From: Terriglobia bacterium | GTDB taxonomy: Bacteria > Acidobacteriota > Terriglobia > 20CM-2-55-15 | Direction of reading: 5' to 3' | NCBI GenBank assembly: GCA_963664115.2 | Contig: CAXWPJ010000012.1 | Location: 288,001-352,000 of the forward strand | Length of the DNA stretch: 64,000 nucleotides | Shown: in pieces, positions 9,561 to 19,714 of the stretch | How the letters are laid out: every line of letters starts with the position of its first letter | Numbering within the stretch: the stretch's first letter is position 1 | Made by a program: the position numbers and the translations under genes | The notes under the pieces: model-generated | What the model was told of the DNA's origin: nothing | Seen by the model: only the letters and a program-made list of their open reading frames with translations | Database searches by the model: none

Positions 9561-10555
9561 TCCAGCAAGTCGTCGAAACTATTCAGTCGCATACGGACTT
9601 TCTCATCGTCAGCCACGTGCGTCCCGATGGCGACTCCCTGGGTTCCCAGCTCGCGCTCGCCTTGATCCTTCAATCACTCGGAAAGAACGTCGAAATACTG
9701 AGTCGGGACCCCGTACCCGCCCGCTATGTTTCCCTGCCTGGTGCCGACCAGGTTCGCGTGGCCAGTCGCCGGGTAAATTCCCGAGAGGTAACGTTCATCC
9801 TTGAATGCGGCAACCTCAACCGTCCGGGAATCGCCGGATTAGATCAGGGCTTCATCGTCAACATCGACCACCACCACTCCACGAAACCGTTTGGAAACGT
9901 AAATTGGATCGAACCCTCCGCTTGCGCGGTCGGCCAGATGATCTATCGCCTCATGAAAGCTCTGCACGTCAGGATGACGCCCGAGATTGCGACAAACATA
10001 TACGTTGCTGTACTGACGGATACCGGTTCGTTCCAGTTTTCATCGACAACCGGCGATACGTTCCGGCTGGCGGCTGAACTGGCAGACCATGGCGCCGACG
10101 TATCTGAAATCGCAAAGCGAATGTTCCATACCAATCCGATTCAGAAGGTGCGCGCAATGGGGAAGATCCTGAACGCGATGGAGTTCCATGCCAGTAGCAG
10201 AGTCGTCTCCACCGTACTCGGGCAGGATGACCTGGGGCTTGCGGACGACGACGACATCGAAGGCCTGGTGAACTATCCGCTGACGATCGCCGGAATCGAA
10301 GTTGCCGTACTTCTTCGCGAACTGGAGGACGGTTCGTTTCGCGTCAGCATGCGGTCGAAGAACGAAGTCGACGTGTCCATGGTTGCTGCTAAATTCGGTG
10401 GCGGTGGGCACCGCAAAGCCGCGGGGTGTCAGATGGTGGGTTCGCTCGCCGCCGTGCAATTACAGATCGTTTCTTCGATTCAAAGCGAAATGGACTCCGT
10501 GTCTTCCCCTGTGAGCTCACCTGAGTATCTTGGATCTGATTTGAAGTCCAGTTGA
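9557..10555 (+). CDS. nrnA: DHH-family oligoribonuclease / pAp phosphatase
   Basis: HVRPDGD, IDHH, DTGSF and GGGGHRKAAG motifs. Confidence 0.88.
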   Translation: MIQQVVETIQSHTDFLIVSHVRPDGDSLGSQLALALILQSLGKNVEILSRDPVPARYVSLPGADQVRVASRRVNSREVTFILECGNLNRPGIAGLDQGFIVNIDHHHSTKPFGNVNWIEPSACAVGQMIYRLMKALHVRMTPEIATNIYVAVLTDTGSFQFSSTTGDTFRLAAELADHGADVSEIAKRMFHTNPIQKVRAMGKILNAMEFHASSRVVSTVLGQDDLGLADDDDIEGLVNYPLTIAGIEVAVLLRELEDGSFRVSMRSKNEVDVSMVAAKFGGGGHRKAAGCQMVGSLAAVQLQIVSSIQSEMDSVSSPVSSPEYLGSDLKSS

Positions 10556-11394
10556 ACGGCGTCCTCATCATCGACAAGCCAGGGGGAATGACGTCCCACG
10601 ATGTCGTCAGCCGCATTCGAAAACGGCTGAACACCCGCCGGGTCGGGCATCTGGGCACTCTCGACCCCGGGGCAACGGGAGTGCTTCCGTTGACACTCGG
10701 TAAAGCCACGCGCCTGGCGCGCTTCATTGCGTCTTCACCCAAGGAATACACCGGCGAGATCCGTTTGGGATGGGCGACAACGACATGCGATGCCGAGGGT
10801 GATCCGCTGGAGGAACCGAAATCTGTCGCAGTCAGTCGTGAGGCTCTGTTGGAGGCGATGGCCTCACTCACGGGGACGATCCGACAGGTCCCACCGGCCT
10901 ATTCCGCAAAAAAAGTCGAGGGCGTAAGAGCCTACAAACTCGCGCGTAAAGGCCGTCATGTGGACCTGGAACCGGTTTCGGTCGAGATCCAGGCTTTCGA
11001 TCTCGAAACCTTCGAAGCAGGGCTGCTCACGTTCAGGGTAGTCTGTTCGACCGGAACCTATATCCGAAGCATGGCCCGGGACCTCGGCGAGCGACTCGAA
11101 ACGGGCGGACACCTGTTCTCTCTCCGAAGGACTCGGGCCGGGGCGTTCGACATCGGGCAAGCGATTGGACCCGACGCCGCATCCTGGAATGACGTCATTC
11201 CTCCGGAGCAACTGATGGCTGATCTGGCCCGGATTGACGTCGGACCAGAGCTTGAAAACCTCATCCGGAACGGACGGGCGATTCCGACCGACCAAGAGAG
11301 GTCACCCCTCCGCATCTTCAACAAAAAAGGCCAACTTATAGCCATTGCAGCCCTTGATAAGGGTTGGGCACACCCTCAAGTTGTGTTAATCTAA
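10552..11394 (+). CDS. truB: tRNA pseudouridine(55) synthase
   Basis: [22 protein letters not shown] and GTYIRS motifs; TTG start. Confidence 0.95.
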   Translation: MNGVLIIDKPGGMTSHDVVSRIRKRLNTRRVGHLGTLDPGATGVLPLTLGKATRLARFIASSPKEYTGEIRLGWATTTCDAEGDPLEEPKSVAVSREALLEAMASLTGTIRQVPPAYSAKKVEGVRAYKLARKGRHVDLEPVSVEIQAFDLETFEAGLLTFRVVCSTGTYIRSMARDLGERLETGGHLFSLRRTRAGAFDIGQAIGPDAASWNDVIPPEQLMADLARIDVGPELENLIRNGRAIPTDQERSPLRIFNKKGQLIAIAALDKGWAHPQVVLI

Positions 11395-11428
11395 ATCTTC
11401 AAATTTTAGGGAGAAAATAAGTAAAAGA

Positions 11429-11698
11429 ATGGCTCTGACGACGGAATCCAAAGGCTCGATAATCGACCAATATCGAATCCATCCTTCGGATACGGGGTCG
11501 CCCGAAGTTCAGATCGCGATACTCAGTGAAAGAATTACTTACCTGACTGAGCATTTCAAGACACACAAGAAGGATCATGCCTCCCGCCGAGGACTGCTGA
11601 AACTTGTCGGCCGACGGCGGCGCCTGCTTGAGTACCTCAAACGACACGAAGTGGGTCGTTACAAAGAGGTCATTCAAAAGCTTGGGCTCCGCAAGTAG
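11429..11698 (+). CDS. rpsO: 30S ribosomal protein S15
   Basis: [10 protein letters not shown] and [11 protein letters not shown] motifs. Confidence 0.98.
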   Translation: MALTTESKGSIIDQYRIHPSDTGSPEVQIAILSERITYLTEHFKTHKKDHASRRGLLKLVGRRRRLLEYLKRHEVGRYKEVIQKLGLRK

Positions 11699-11867
11699 CT
11701 TGGCCAGATCCTGTCCAAGAACTCCGTTCGACCAGTCCAACCCAGTTAAATATGGCATCCCAAAACTATATTTTTGGGAGTAAGTCAACGGTCCTGAGCA
11801 TGGAGCGATCCGTCGTTTCTTGCCTCAGCCCCGCGTCGGTGCCGCTGAAAAGGAAGTTCACACAACT

Positions 11868-13994
11868 ATGAATATTCATAAAGTAAGTCGAATGGTCGGC
11901 AACCGGGAGTTGTCGATCGAAATTGGAAAACTCGCCACTCAGGCCGATGGTGCCGCATACATCCGTTATGGAGATACAGTCGTCCTCGTCACCGCGTGTG
12001 GTGCCAAGGAAGCCAGCGCGAACGCTCACTTCTTTCCGCTCACCTGCGACCACAAAGAAAATTTCTACGCTGCCGGGAAAATTCCTGGGGGCTTTTTCAA
12101 ACGTGAAGGCAGACCTGGAGAGCGCGAGGTTCTCACCAGCCGCATGATCGACAGGCCGATTCGACCGTTGTTTCCCGAGGGCTATCGAAACGAAACACAG
12201 GTCATCGCAAATGTCCTCTCAGCCGACGAGGACAACGACCCGTCAGCATTGAGTATCATAGGCGCATCGACGGCACTCTACCTTTCCGTCCTTCCGTTCA
12301 CCCAGCCGATCGCTGCGGTACGCGTCGGATTGATCGATGGCGAATACCTGATCAACCCGACCTACGCCCAGATGGAAGAAAGCCAGATGAACCTGATCGT
12401 TGCCGGGACGAGCGAAGGTGTCACGATGGTCGAGGCCGGAGCGAAAGAGGTATCAGAAGAGGCGATGATCGAAGCGATAGCCTTCGGCCACAACGTAGTC
12501 AAAGAGATCATCGAGATGGAACAGGAACTCTACGACAAGATTCGGCCTGAAAAAATAACATTTCAATTGCCCGCGGTGAGTGAAGACGTCGAGAGCAAGG
12601 TCGAAACTCTTATCCGTGAAGAACTCACGGATGCGCTAGACACTCAAAAGTACGACAAACTTACCAGCTATGCGAAAGTGGACAACGCCAAAGCCAAGAC
12701 TATTGAAAGCTTTGGTGAGGCTGACGAAGAAACGCTGAAAGAAGTGAAAAGCGCGTTCAGCGAACTCAAAGAGAAGATCTTTCGGGACCAGATTCTCCAC
12801 AACAACACACGCCCCGACCGCCGGGCAACCGACGAGATCCGCCCCATCTGGATTGAGACCGGCGTTTTACCGCGAACCCACGGTTCGGCAATTTTCACTC
12901 GGGGAGAAACCCAGGCGCTGGTAACGACGACACTGGGAACTTCGAACGATGCTCAAAGGATGGACCGCTTGGATGGTGAGTTTTTCAAACGATTCCTGAT
13001 GCATTACAACTTCCCTCCGTTTTCGGTGGGTGAAGTGCGCCGGATGATGGGAACAAGCCGACGTGAAATGGGACATGGCAACCTTGCCGAGCAGGCGATC
13101 CTGCCCATGCTCCCGAGCGAAGAAGACTTCCCGTATACGGTCCGCGTAGTATCCGAGATTCTGGAATCCAACGGATCTTCATCAATGGCAACAGTTTGTG
13201 GAGCGAGTCTGGCCTTGATGGAAGCCGGTGTTCCGATCAAGCGCTCTGTTGCGGGAGTCGCGATGGGATTGGTGTCGGAAGGCGACAAGTATGCGGTACT
13301 GAGCGACATTGCAGGCGCTGAAGACCACTATGGCGACATGGACTTCAAGGTCGCAGGAACTCGCGACGGCATCACCTCCTTGCAAATGGACATCAAGATC
13401 ACGAACGTCACGTTCGAAATTATGTCCAAGGCCATGGATCAGGCCAAAGGCGGCCGGATGCACATCCTCGACAAGATGGACTCGGCTATTACCACTCACA
13501 AGGAAGACATTTCCCCCTACGCCCCCAGGATCCATACGCTCAAGATACCTGTTGATAAGATTCGGGACGTGATCGGCCCGGGCGGCAAAATGATTCGCTC
13601 AATTGTGGAACGGACCGGCGTCAAAATCGACGTCAACGACGACGGCACGGTCAATGTCGCGTCCTCTGATGGGCCGTCGGCCCTGAAGGCCATCGGGATT
13701 ATTGAAGACCTCACCGCCACTCCGGAGGTGGGTAAGACTTATCTCGGTAAAGTGGTGCGCATTGTGGACTTTGGTGCTTTCGTGGAAATTTTCCCGGGCA
13801 CGGATGGACTGCTCCACATCTCAGAAATCGCTGAGCACCGTATCCGCGAGGTTCGCGACGAGCTCAACGAAGGCGACCAGTTGATGGTGAAGGTCATCGC
13901 AATGGAAGGCAACAAGGTCAAGCTCTCACGCAGGGCGGTCCTTAAAGACCAGAAGGCGAAGGCCGTAGCCGAGGCAGATACCAGCAAAGAATAG
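11868..13994 (+). CDS. pnp: Polyribonucleotide nucleotidyltransferase
   Basis: GKIPGGFFKREG, ESNGSSSMA and GDMDFKVAG motifs; KH and S1 domains. Confidence 0.98.
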   Translation: MNIHKVSRMVGNRELSIEIGKLATQADGAAYIRYGDTVVLVTACGAKEASANAHFFPLTCDHKENFYAAGKIPGGFFKREGRPGEREVLTSRMIDRPIRPLFPEGYRNETQVIANVLSADEDNDPSALSIIGASTALYLSVLPFTQPIAAVRVGLIDGEYLINPTYAQMEESQMNLIVAGTSEGVTMVEAGAKEVSEEAMIEAIAFGHNVVKEIIEMEQELYDKIRPEKITFQLPAVSEDVESKVETLIREELTDALDTQKYDKLTSYAKVDNAKAKTIESFGEADEETLKEVKSAFSELKEKIFRDQILHNNTRPDRRATDEIRPIWIETGVLPRTHGSAIFTRGETQALVTTTLGTSNDAQRMDRLDGEFFKRFLMHYNFPPFSVGEVRRMMGTSRREMGHGNLAEQAILPMLPSEEDFPYTVRVVSEILESNGSSSMATVCGASLALMEAGVPIKRSVAGVAMGLVSEGDKYAVLSDIAGAEDHYGDMDFKVAGTRDGITSLQMDIKITNVTFEIMSKAMDQAKGGRMHILDKMDSAITTHKEDISPYAPRIHTLKIPVDKIRDVIGPGGKMIRSIVERTGVKIDVNDDGTVNVASSDGPSALKAIGIIEDLTATPEVGKTYLGKVVRIVDFGAFVEIFPGTDGLLHISEIAEHRIREVRDELNEGDQLMVKVIAMEGNKVKLSRRAVLKDQKAKAVAEADTSKE

Positions 13995-14001
13995 CGGCCG
14001 T

Positions 14002-14050
14002 GATCAGGGACGGAGGAATCTCTTAGAGAAATGTCTCCGTCCCTGATTTT
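14002..14050. terminator. Hairpin between convergent genes (AGGGACGGA...TCCGTCCCT family)
   Basis: ATCAGGGACGGAG / CTCCGTCCCTGAT followed by T residues; related arms at 14391-14464. Confidence 0.7.
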
Positions 14051-14340
14051 CAGTCGAGGTCGATATCCCGGATCGGCGTCTCCAACTCGTCGACACGCTC
14101 CATGGCCTCTTCGAACTTCAGGTTGATGAGATCCTTGCGGCCTTTCTCTTTCTCGAACGCCTGATCAAACCTCTCCGAAGCCGTCTCCTGATTCTTTCTA
14201 ACCTGGCTCACGGCATCCTCAAACGAAACGGTTTTCTGCTCGGGCTGTTTCGTAAACAGTACATCTCCGGTAACGGAATCGACGGTCAAGGCAGCGTCAC
14301 AGCACGTGCATCGGACCTGCAGTTTGTTTCTTTCCGCCAT
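14050..14340 (-). CDS. Hypothetical protein with N-terminal CxCC motif
   Basis: 96-aa ORF; VRCTCC followed by a charged helical region. Confidence 0.65.
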   Translation of the reverse strand: MAERNKLQVRCTCCDAALTVDSVTGDVLFTKQPEQKTVSFEDAVSQVRKNQETASERFDQAFEKEKGRKDLINLKFEEAMERVDELETPIRDIDLD

Positions 14341-14467
14341 GTTTTTAGTATAGCCGGACGGGGAGTTAACAGTTATGAGTTAAAAGCACCATCAGGGGAC
14401 GGACACTTCAGGCGAAATACACCCGCCCGGCCGCAATGTCGCATGAAGTGTCCGTCCCTAATTTCAA

Positions 14468-16213
14468 CTACTTCCAATACTCATCCCATCTGCGATCCAC
14501 CAACTTTACGGTGTCCTCATCCATTTCCAGCGGCGCGGGATAGCCTTCCTTCCACGTGGCATCTATTCCGACGCATCCGCTATATACCGGACGGGCTCCC
14601 ACGAACTCCTGCTTCTCGAAGATCATGTCACGGGCCGGATCGAAGCGCGTAAATATGCCCCACTGCAAGTTCTCGTCGTCCTCCAGATCGACGTCGGGGC
14701 TGACTGCCACGATGAAACCGACATCAAGCGAAGCCTTGATCAAGCCCTCGAGCACCTCCCGTGCTCCCTGGCTGACAACGACGATCAACCATCCGCCGTC
14801 AAGAAGCTTCCAGCCTTCGACGCGGGGATCAAAGCGATCGGGAGCATCCCTGAGCACAGGGGGATCAGCCTGCAACACCGGACCTGTTGCGTCAATGACC
14901 AGCTTGCTGCCCACGTGCATTTTGAACGAGGTGAAATCCAGTGTGTCGAGCGGCGCCACGGGGAGCAACAGAACACGATCATCCAGTTTGCTGCGATGCC
15001 AGACCTCGGTAAGGACTCGACGGAAATCAGCGGGATTCTGGTCCCCCCTGACGAGAATCATCACTTTCGTAAGAGACAACTGCCCTGTCCCGAGTAAGGA
15101 CATCGCCGTTTTCAGTACTTCACGGGGATGACGCTCCTCAACAGCAACAACAAGAAGGTTATGAAAGCCGGCTCCGACGTAGGCGTGCATATGAACGACG
15201 TTAGGATTGATCAATCGAATCAGCGGACCGATCATCCGGCCGGCCGCCATGCCGATAAACTTGTCCTCCTGCGGGGGCTTGCCAACAACGGTCGCAACAT
15301 AAATAGGGTTTTGCCGCCGCGTCAACCGTCGCACATGAAACACCGGGAACTCGGCCGCGTCTGAATAGTGTCCGAAGTGGTCCCCGAAAGGCCCTTCGAC
15401 GCGACGTTCGCCCACCGGCACAACACCTTCCAGAACGAATTCGGCATCGGAGGGCACCAGGGCATGGATCGAGGTCGCCGGTGTCATCCTAATGCCGCGT
15501 CCCATCAAGAAACCCGCAAAAGCCACTTCGTCCATGTCCTCGGGAAGGGGCAGTATGGCCGCTATCATGAGGATGGGGTTGGCGCCGATGACAACCGCTA
15601 CTTCGAGGTCTTCCCCGCGCCGCTCCGCTTCCCAGTAGTGTCCCCGGCCGCCTTTCATACTCTGCCAGTGCATTCCGGTCGAGCTTTGATCGAAGACCTG
15701 CATGCGATACAGACCGAAGTTTCGACGCTTCGTCTCCGGATGTCGCGTGATGACCCCACCGTAGGTAATGAATCTTCCCGCATCACCGGGCCAGCACTGC
15801 ACTACCGGTAAGCGATCGAGATCGGGCGTCTCGATCACCTCCTGGCATGCAGCCTGACTTCTGGATCGGGGTTGTGACAGCAGAGCCTTGGCGATGGTCC
15901 GTCGTGACGCCCAGAGCTTGCCAAGAGACGGTGGGTTGATGCTCCCGGCTGCGGCAAGCAGTTCCTCTGCCACACCCTCGGGCTCACGACCCAGTGCGTC
16001 GACCACCCGTTCCTCGGTTCCAAACAGGTTCATCAACAGTGGGAACTGCGATCCGGCGGGACGCTCGAACAAAAGGGCCGGCCCCCCTTCGTTCAAGACG
16101 CGCTGGGCTATTTCACCGGCTTCCAGTATGGGATTGACCTCGGCACGGATGCGGCGCAGCTCGCCCTTCGCTTCAAGATAGGCTACGAATTCCTGCAGAC
16201 TGTCGAAAGGCAT
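14468..16213 (-). CDS. UbiD-family decarboxylase (possibly menaquinone/futalosine pathway)
   Basis: NLFGT, EGPFGDHFGHY, VVGKPPQED and IDATWK motifs. Confidence 0.88.
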   Translation of the reverse strand: MPFDSLQEFVAYLEAKGELRRIRAEVNPILEAGEIAQRVLNEGGPALLFERPAGSQFPLLMNLFGTEERVVDALGREPEGVAEELLAAAGSINPPSLGKLWASRRTIAKALLSQPRSRSQAACQEVIETPDLDRLPVVQCWPGDAGRFITYGGVITRHPETKRRNFGLYRMQVFDQSSTGMHWQSMKGGRGHYWEAERRGEDLEVAVVIGANPILMIAAILPLPEDMDEVAFAGFLMGRGIRMTPATSIHALVPSDAEFVLEGVVPVGERRVEGPFGDHFGHYSDAAEFPVFHVRRLTRRQNPIYVATVVGKPPQEDKFIGMAAGRMIGPLIRLINPNVVHMHAYVGAGFHNLLVVAVEERHPREVLKTAMSLLGTGQLSLTKVMILVRGDQNPADFRRVLTEVWHRSKLDDRVLLLPVAPLDTLDFTSFKMHVGSKLVIDATGPVLQADPPVLRDAPDRFDPRVEGWKLLDGGWLIVVVSQGAREVLEGLIKASLDVGFIVAVSPDVDLEDDENLQWGIFTRFDPARDMIFEKQEFVGARPVYSGCVGIDATWKEGYPAPLEMDEDTVKLVDRRWDEYWK

Positions 16214-16260
16214 GAAGAATAGTCCAGACGGTCGCACGAAACTCTAGCAGTCCGTGGCGG

Positions 16261-16348
16261 CCAGCACGACAGTGCATATTACCCAGCACGACAGTGCATA
16301 TTACCCAGCACGACAGTGCATATTACCCAGCACGACAGTGCATATTAC
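16261..16348. repeat. Four perfect tandem 22-bp repeats (CCAGCACGACAGTGCATATTAC)
   Basis: Read directly; no spacers between units. Confidence 0.95.
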
Positions 16349-16737
16349 AACGTAGCGCCAGAGCGCGACGGCTTTTCCGGAACCTAATTGAGGTCAAGCG
16401 TCACCTCCACTTCAGAGCGACCTCCGACGGCGGTGAGCGCTACTAAATCGCGATTTCGGCGAGGGTGCAACAAGCGCTTGGCATTTAATAAAGACACGCA
16501 GGCCATTTCCGGACTAATGCTCTGATCAACTCCTGCCGATATACCGACTAAGGGTATTTTCGGCCTGCACGAATCTGTGGGGATGCCTGTGTGGGACCAA
16601 AGCCCAGGGTGCGCACATATGCATATATATCAATTACATAGGAGAATTAATGGGCGCCAGAGCGCCCTCAGCAATAGCCCTAGGACTAAGCCGGTTTTTG
16701 GCACAGACGAATTTTTAGCGTTGCACCGGAATCGACG

Positions 16738-19293
16738 ATGAAACAGAATGGAGCACCTTTCATGATGAAAGCAGCGAGATACACGGAGGGAACCGTGTCC
16801 AGCCCAGCACTTGAACTTGCGGAAAAGATCAGACAGACAGGACGTCGGTCACCGCAAGATCTCAATCCACTCATAGAACAAGCCGAAGAACTGGCTGCGA
16901 GCGCTACAGACGCGTTCACGCGTGCTGTCTCGATTCGAGCTGCTGGGAACGCGCATCAACTCCTGAACAATTTCACAGCCGCACTGGAGCGATACGATCA
17001 GGCAATCAAGCTCTTTGAAAGCACGAGCGATCAGGCTCAAGTCGGTCGCACCTTGCTGGCCAAAGTTGGCCTGCTGTTTTACCTCAGCCGCTTCGACGAA
17101 CTCTTCGAATGCGCCCGCGTCGCTCAGGGTCTTTTTGAGGACCAGAAAGACGAAGCAGCTCTCGCACGCCTGAGAGTGAACCTCGGCAACGCCTACCAAC
17201 GATTGGACCGGTATCACGAAGCACTGGACTGCTACGAAAAAGCCTTTCCGGTGTTGGAACGCCTTGACGACAGCGAAGGCCTTTTGGCGTCGTCGTTGAA
17301 CGCTGCCGTCGTGTTGACGATACTCCATCAGTTCGACCGGGCCGACGAGAAGTACAACCAGGCGTCGAACCTGGCCCAGGGTCTCGGCATGGATGCGATC
17401 GCGCTTCAGAGCCGATACAACCGAACATACCTGAGTTACCTGAAGGGCGACAGTGGTGTCGCTCTGCGCGGTATGCTCGCGCTCAAGAACGAATTCGAGC
17501 AAAAAGGTGACGACAACCACGTCTGCCTCTGCTGGCTGGACGAGGCCGAGATGCTCCTGGAATTGGGAGACCTTCCCGAATCGATCCAATCCGCCCGCGA
17601 GGCTCGTCGCCTGGGCAAGAAACTTGGCTTGAACTACGAAATTGGAAAATCTCTTCTGTTCGAGGCAGCCGCGTCATTGCGTACGGGCCAGGAAACTCAC
17701 GCCCAGGACCTACTGACCGATGCGATGAAACGCTTCGAGTCGGAAGGCAATAGCGTCTGGACAGCTGTATCTCGACTCCAGGCCGCTCTGTTCCGCGGGG
17801 AACAGGGCCAGATTCAGGCCCTGAGGGAGGCCACCAGCGCCCGGCAGTTGCTCGAAAGCAGCTCTCTACCGGACCGGTTAGCGCTCGCCGACATCGTCAT
17901 TGGCCGTATTCAGCGGGTGAGGGGCAACGCCAGCTGTGCCGTCGATTCGTTCGAATCCGCCGTGCGCCTGGCCAAGGAAAGCAAGTCCGAGTGGATGCAG
18001 TTCCATGCGGCGCACGAGCTGGGCGTGTCGCTATCGGGAACCGACACGAAGAAGAGCCGGATGCACGTCCAGAAGGCTGAAGCCATGCTCGATTCGCTGT
18101 GGCACAGGATCGGATCAGACGACCTCAAAATGGCTTTCCTGAACGATAGAGAAACCGTGTACAGCCACCTGATCACGAACGTCGCACCAATTTCGGTTGA
18201 TGAAGCCTTCCGCTTGTCCGAGCGGGCCCGCTCCAGAGTTCTCGTCGAGCGCCTTGCAGCCGATGGGGAGCGCGTGACCACAGAAGACATTCCAACCCGG
18301 CTGGACCCGGGCGAGACCATCGTTGAATACTTCATCTCCGGAAACGACGTTTACATCTTTGTCATCGACCGGAATGGATTGGAATGGGTGCATCGCCCCG
18401 GAATCGCAGCCGAAATGGAGCAGGAATGGACGCATCTGGAGCGTCATCTGGTCAGTTGCAGCGTCAAGTGGGAACAGCTGAGCCGGATTTCACAACATCT
18501 CGAACGCACGGCACACGTGCATCTCCGATCGCTTTACGATGGTCTGATTAAGCCTGTGCAGGATCACCTCGGCCGGAATCTCATCATCGTGCCCCACGGG
18601 TTCCTGCACGGCATCCCCTTTCATGCGCTTCACGACGGAAACGCATACCTTTCAGAACATCATTCGATTGTCTATAGCCCCAGCGCAACACTCTACGTGA
18701 CGCCACCGACCGAAGAACCCGACGGGCCACCCCTGTTTGTGGCGTTCTCGACTGATGCCGAAGAAGGCATTGTCAAAGAGGTGGAGCAAACGGCTAGAGG
18801 TTTCACAGACGCAACGGTTCTCGTCAACCCTACGGTGGACGAACTGAGAGATGAGATGAACCACTACCGGCCGCTGCTCCACATTGCGGGACATGCAGGC
18901 ATCGATCCGATTCGGGGATCCTTGTCGTGGCTGGAAACCTCGAACGGAAAACTCACGAGCCGGGATCTCATGGACATGCAGTTTCGAGCGGGTACCGTCG
19001 TAGTGACCGGCTGCCACACCGCACGGCGCAACATTTCTGCGGGAGACGAGTGGCTCGGACTGATGCGTGCCTTCTATCTTTCCGGAGCGCACACGATCGT
19101 CTCAGCCTACTGGGCGATCCGGGATGAATCGGCACAGCTGTTTTCGAAAACATTTTATAAACATTATGACGGCACAAACGCGTCGGAAGCGGTAACGGCC
19201 GCAAGCGATACGATTCGAAAAGCATCGCCGCACCCGTATTTCTGGGGCGGTTTTGGAACCTTCGCTCGCAAGCGAAGAGGAGATTCAAAATGA
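16738..19293 (+). CDS. TPR-repeat plus CHAT (caspase-like) domain protein
   Basis: TPR-like helices; IVPHGFLHGIPFHAL, HIAGH (His), VTGCHT (Cys), GLMRAF and HPYFWGGF motifs; start codon uncertain. Confidence 0.9.
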   Translation: MKQNGAPFMMKAARYTEGTVSSPALELAEKIRQTGRRSPQDLNPLIEQAEELAASATDAFTRAVSIRAAGNAHQLLNNFTAALERYDQAIKLFESTSDQAQVGRTLLAKVGLLFYLSRFDELFECARVAQGLFEDQKDEAALARLRVNLGNAYQRLDRYHEALDCYEKAFPVLERLDDSEGLLASSLNAAVVLTILHQFDRADEKYNQASNLAQGLGMDAIALQSRYNRTYLSYLKGDSGVALRGMLALKNEFEQKGDDNHVCLCWLDEAEMLLELGDLPESIQSAREARRLGKKLGLNYEIGKSLLFEAAASLRTGQETHAQDLLTDAMKRFESEGNSVWTAVSRLQAALFRGEQGQIQALREATSARQLLESSSLPDRLALADIVIGRIQRVRGNASCAVDSFESAVRLAKESKSEWMQFHAAHELGVSLSGTDTKKSRMHVQKAEAMLDSLWHRIGSDDLKMAFLNDRETVYSHLITNVAPISVDEAFRLSERARSRVLVERLAADGERVTTEDIPTRLDPGETIVEYFISGNDVYIFVIDRNGLEWVHRPGIAAEMEQEWTHLERHLVSCSVKWEQLSRISQHLERTAHVHLRSLYDGLIKPVQDHLGRNLIIVPHGFLHGIPFHALHDGNAYLSEHHSIVYSPSATLYVTPPTEEPDGPPLFVAFSTDAEEGIVKEVEQTARGFTDATVLVNPTVDELRDEMNHYRPLLHIAGHAGIDPIRGSLSWLETSNGKLTSRDLMDMQFRAGTVVVTGCHTARRNISAGDEWLGLMRAFYLSGAHTIVSAYWAIRDESAQLFSKTFYKHYDGTNASEAVTAASDTIRKASPHPYFWGGFGTFARKRRGDSK

Positions 19294-19712
19294 AGCACGA
19301 CGTTGTCGAAATTCGAGGTTCATTGCTGTTCGATTCCTGGTTCGGCGAGATCCCCCGGGTACGTGAAACCGCATTGGAAGACCGCCATCTCATATACGAA
19401 GGTGGTGGCGTAATCCTCGATCTGCTGGTGAGACGGTCGAACGGCGATCCATGCCTTCACGTCGGAGGACAGGTTTTGCCCGACAACGATTCGCTTGAAA
19501 GCGTCGCAAATGTCCCGGTCATGATTCAAAGAGGACGCGAAGAAACCGCGACTCGGACGAATCCGGTCGGGGAGTTCATGTTTCACACCGGGTCGAACGG
19601 AGATTTCGACCTGACAATCCTTCTGCGCGACCAGCGCTTCGTCGTCCGGGGACTTTCCGGTAACGACCCGCGCGAGTGGCAGTTGGCTTATTCCACGGAT
19701 GGAGAACGTTAA
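19290..19712 (+). CDS. Small hypothetical protein (LLFDS motif, carboxypeptidase-regulatory-like beta domain)
   Basis: Translationally coupled to the CHAT gene (ATGA); LLFDSW, GQVL and NPVGEFMF motifs. Confidence 0.65.
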   Translation: MKHDVVEIRGSLLFDSWFGEIPRVRETALEDRHLIYEGGGVILDLLVRRSNGDPCLHVGGQVLPDNDSLESVANVPVMIQRGREETATRTNPVGEFMFHTGSNGDFDLTILLRDQRFVVRGLSGNDPREWQLAYSTDGER

Positions 19713-19714
19713 CA

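Noticed and set aside
16261-16348. CRISPR array or plasmid origin
   Set aside because: The repeats are contiguous with no spacers, and no cas or rep gene is in the window
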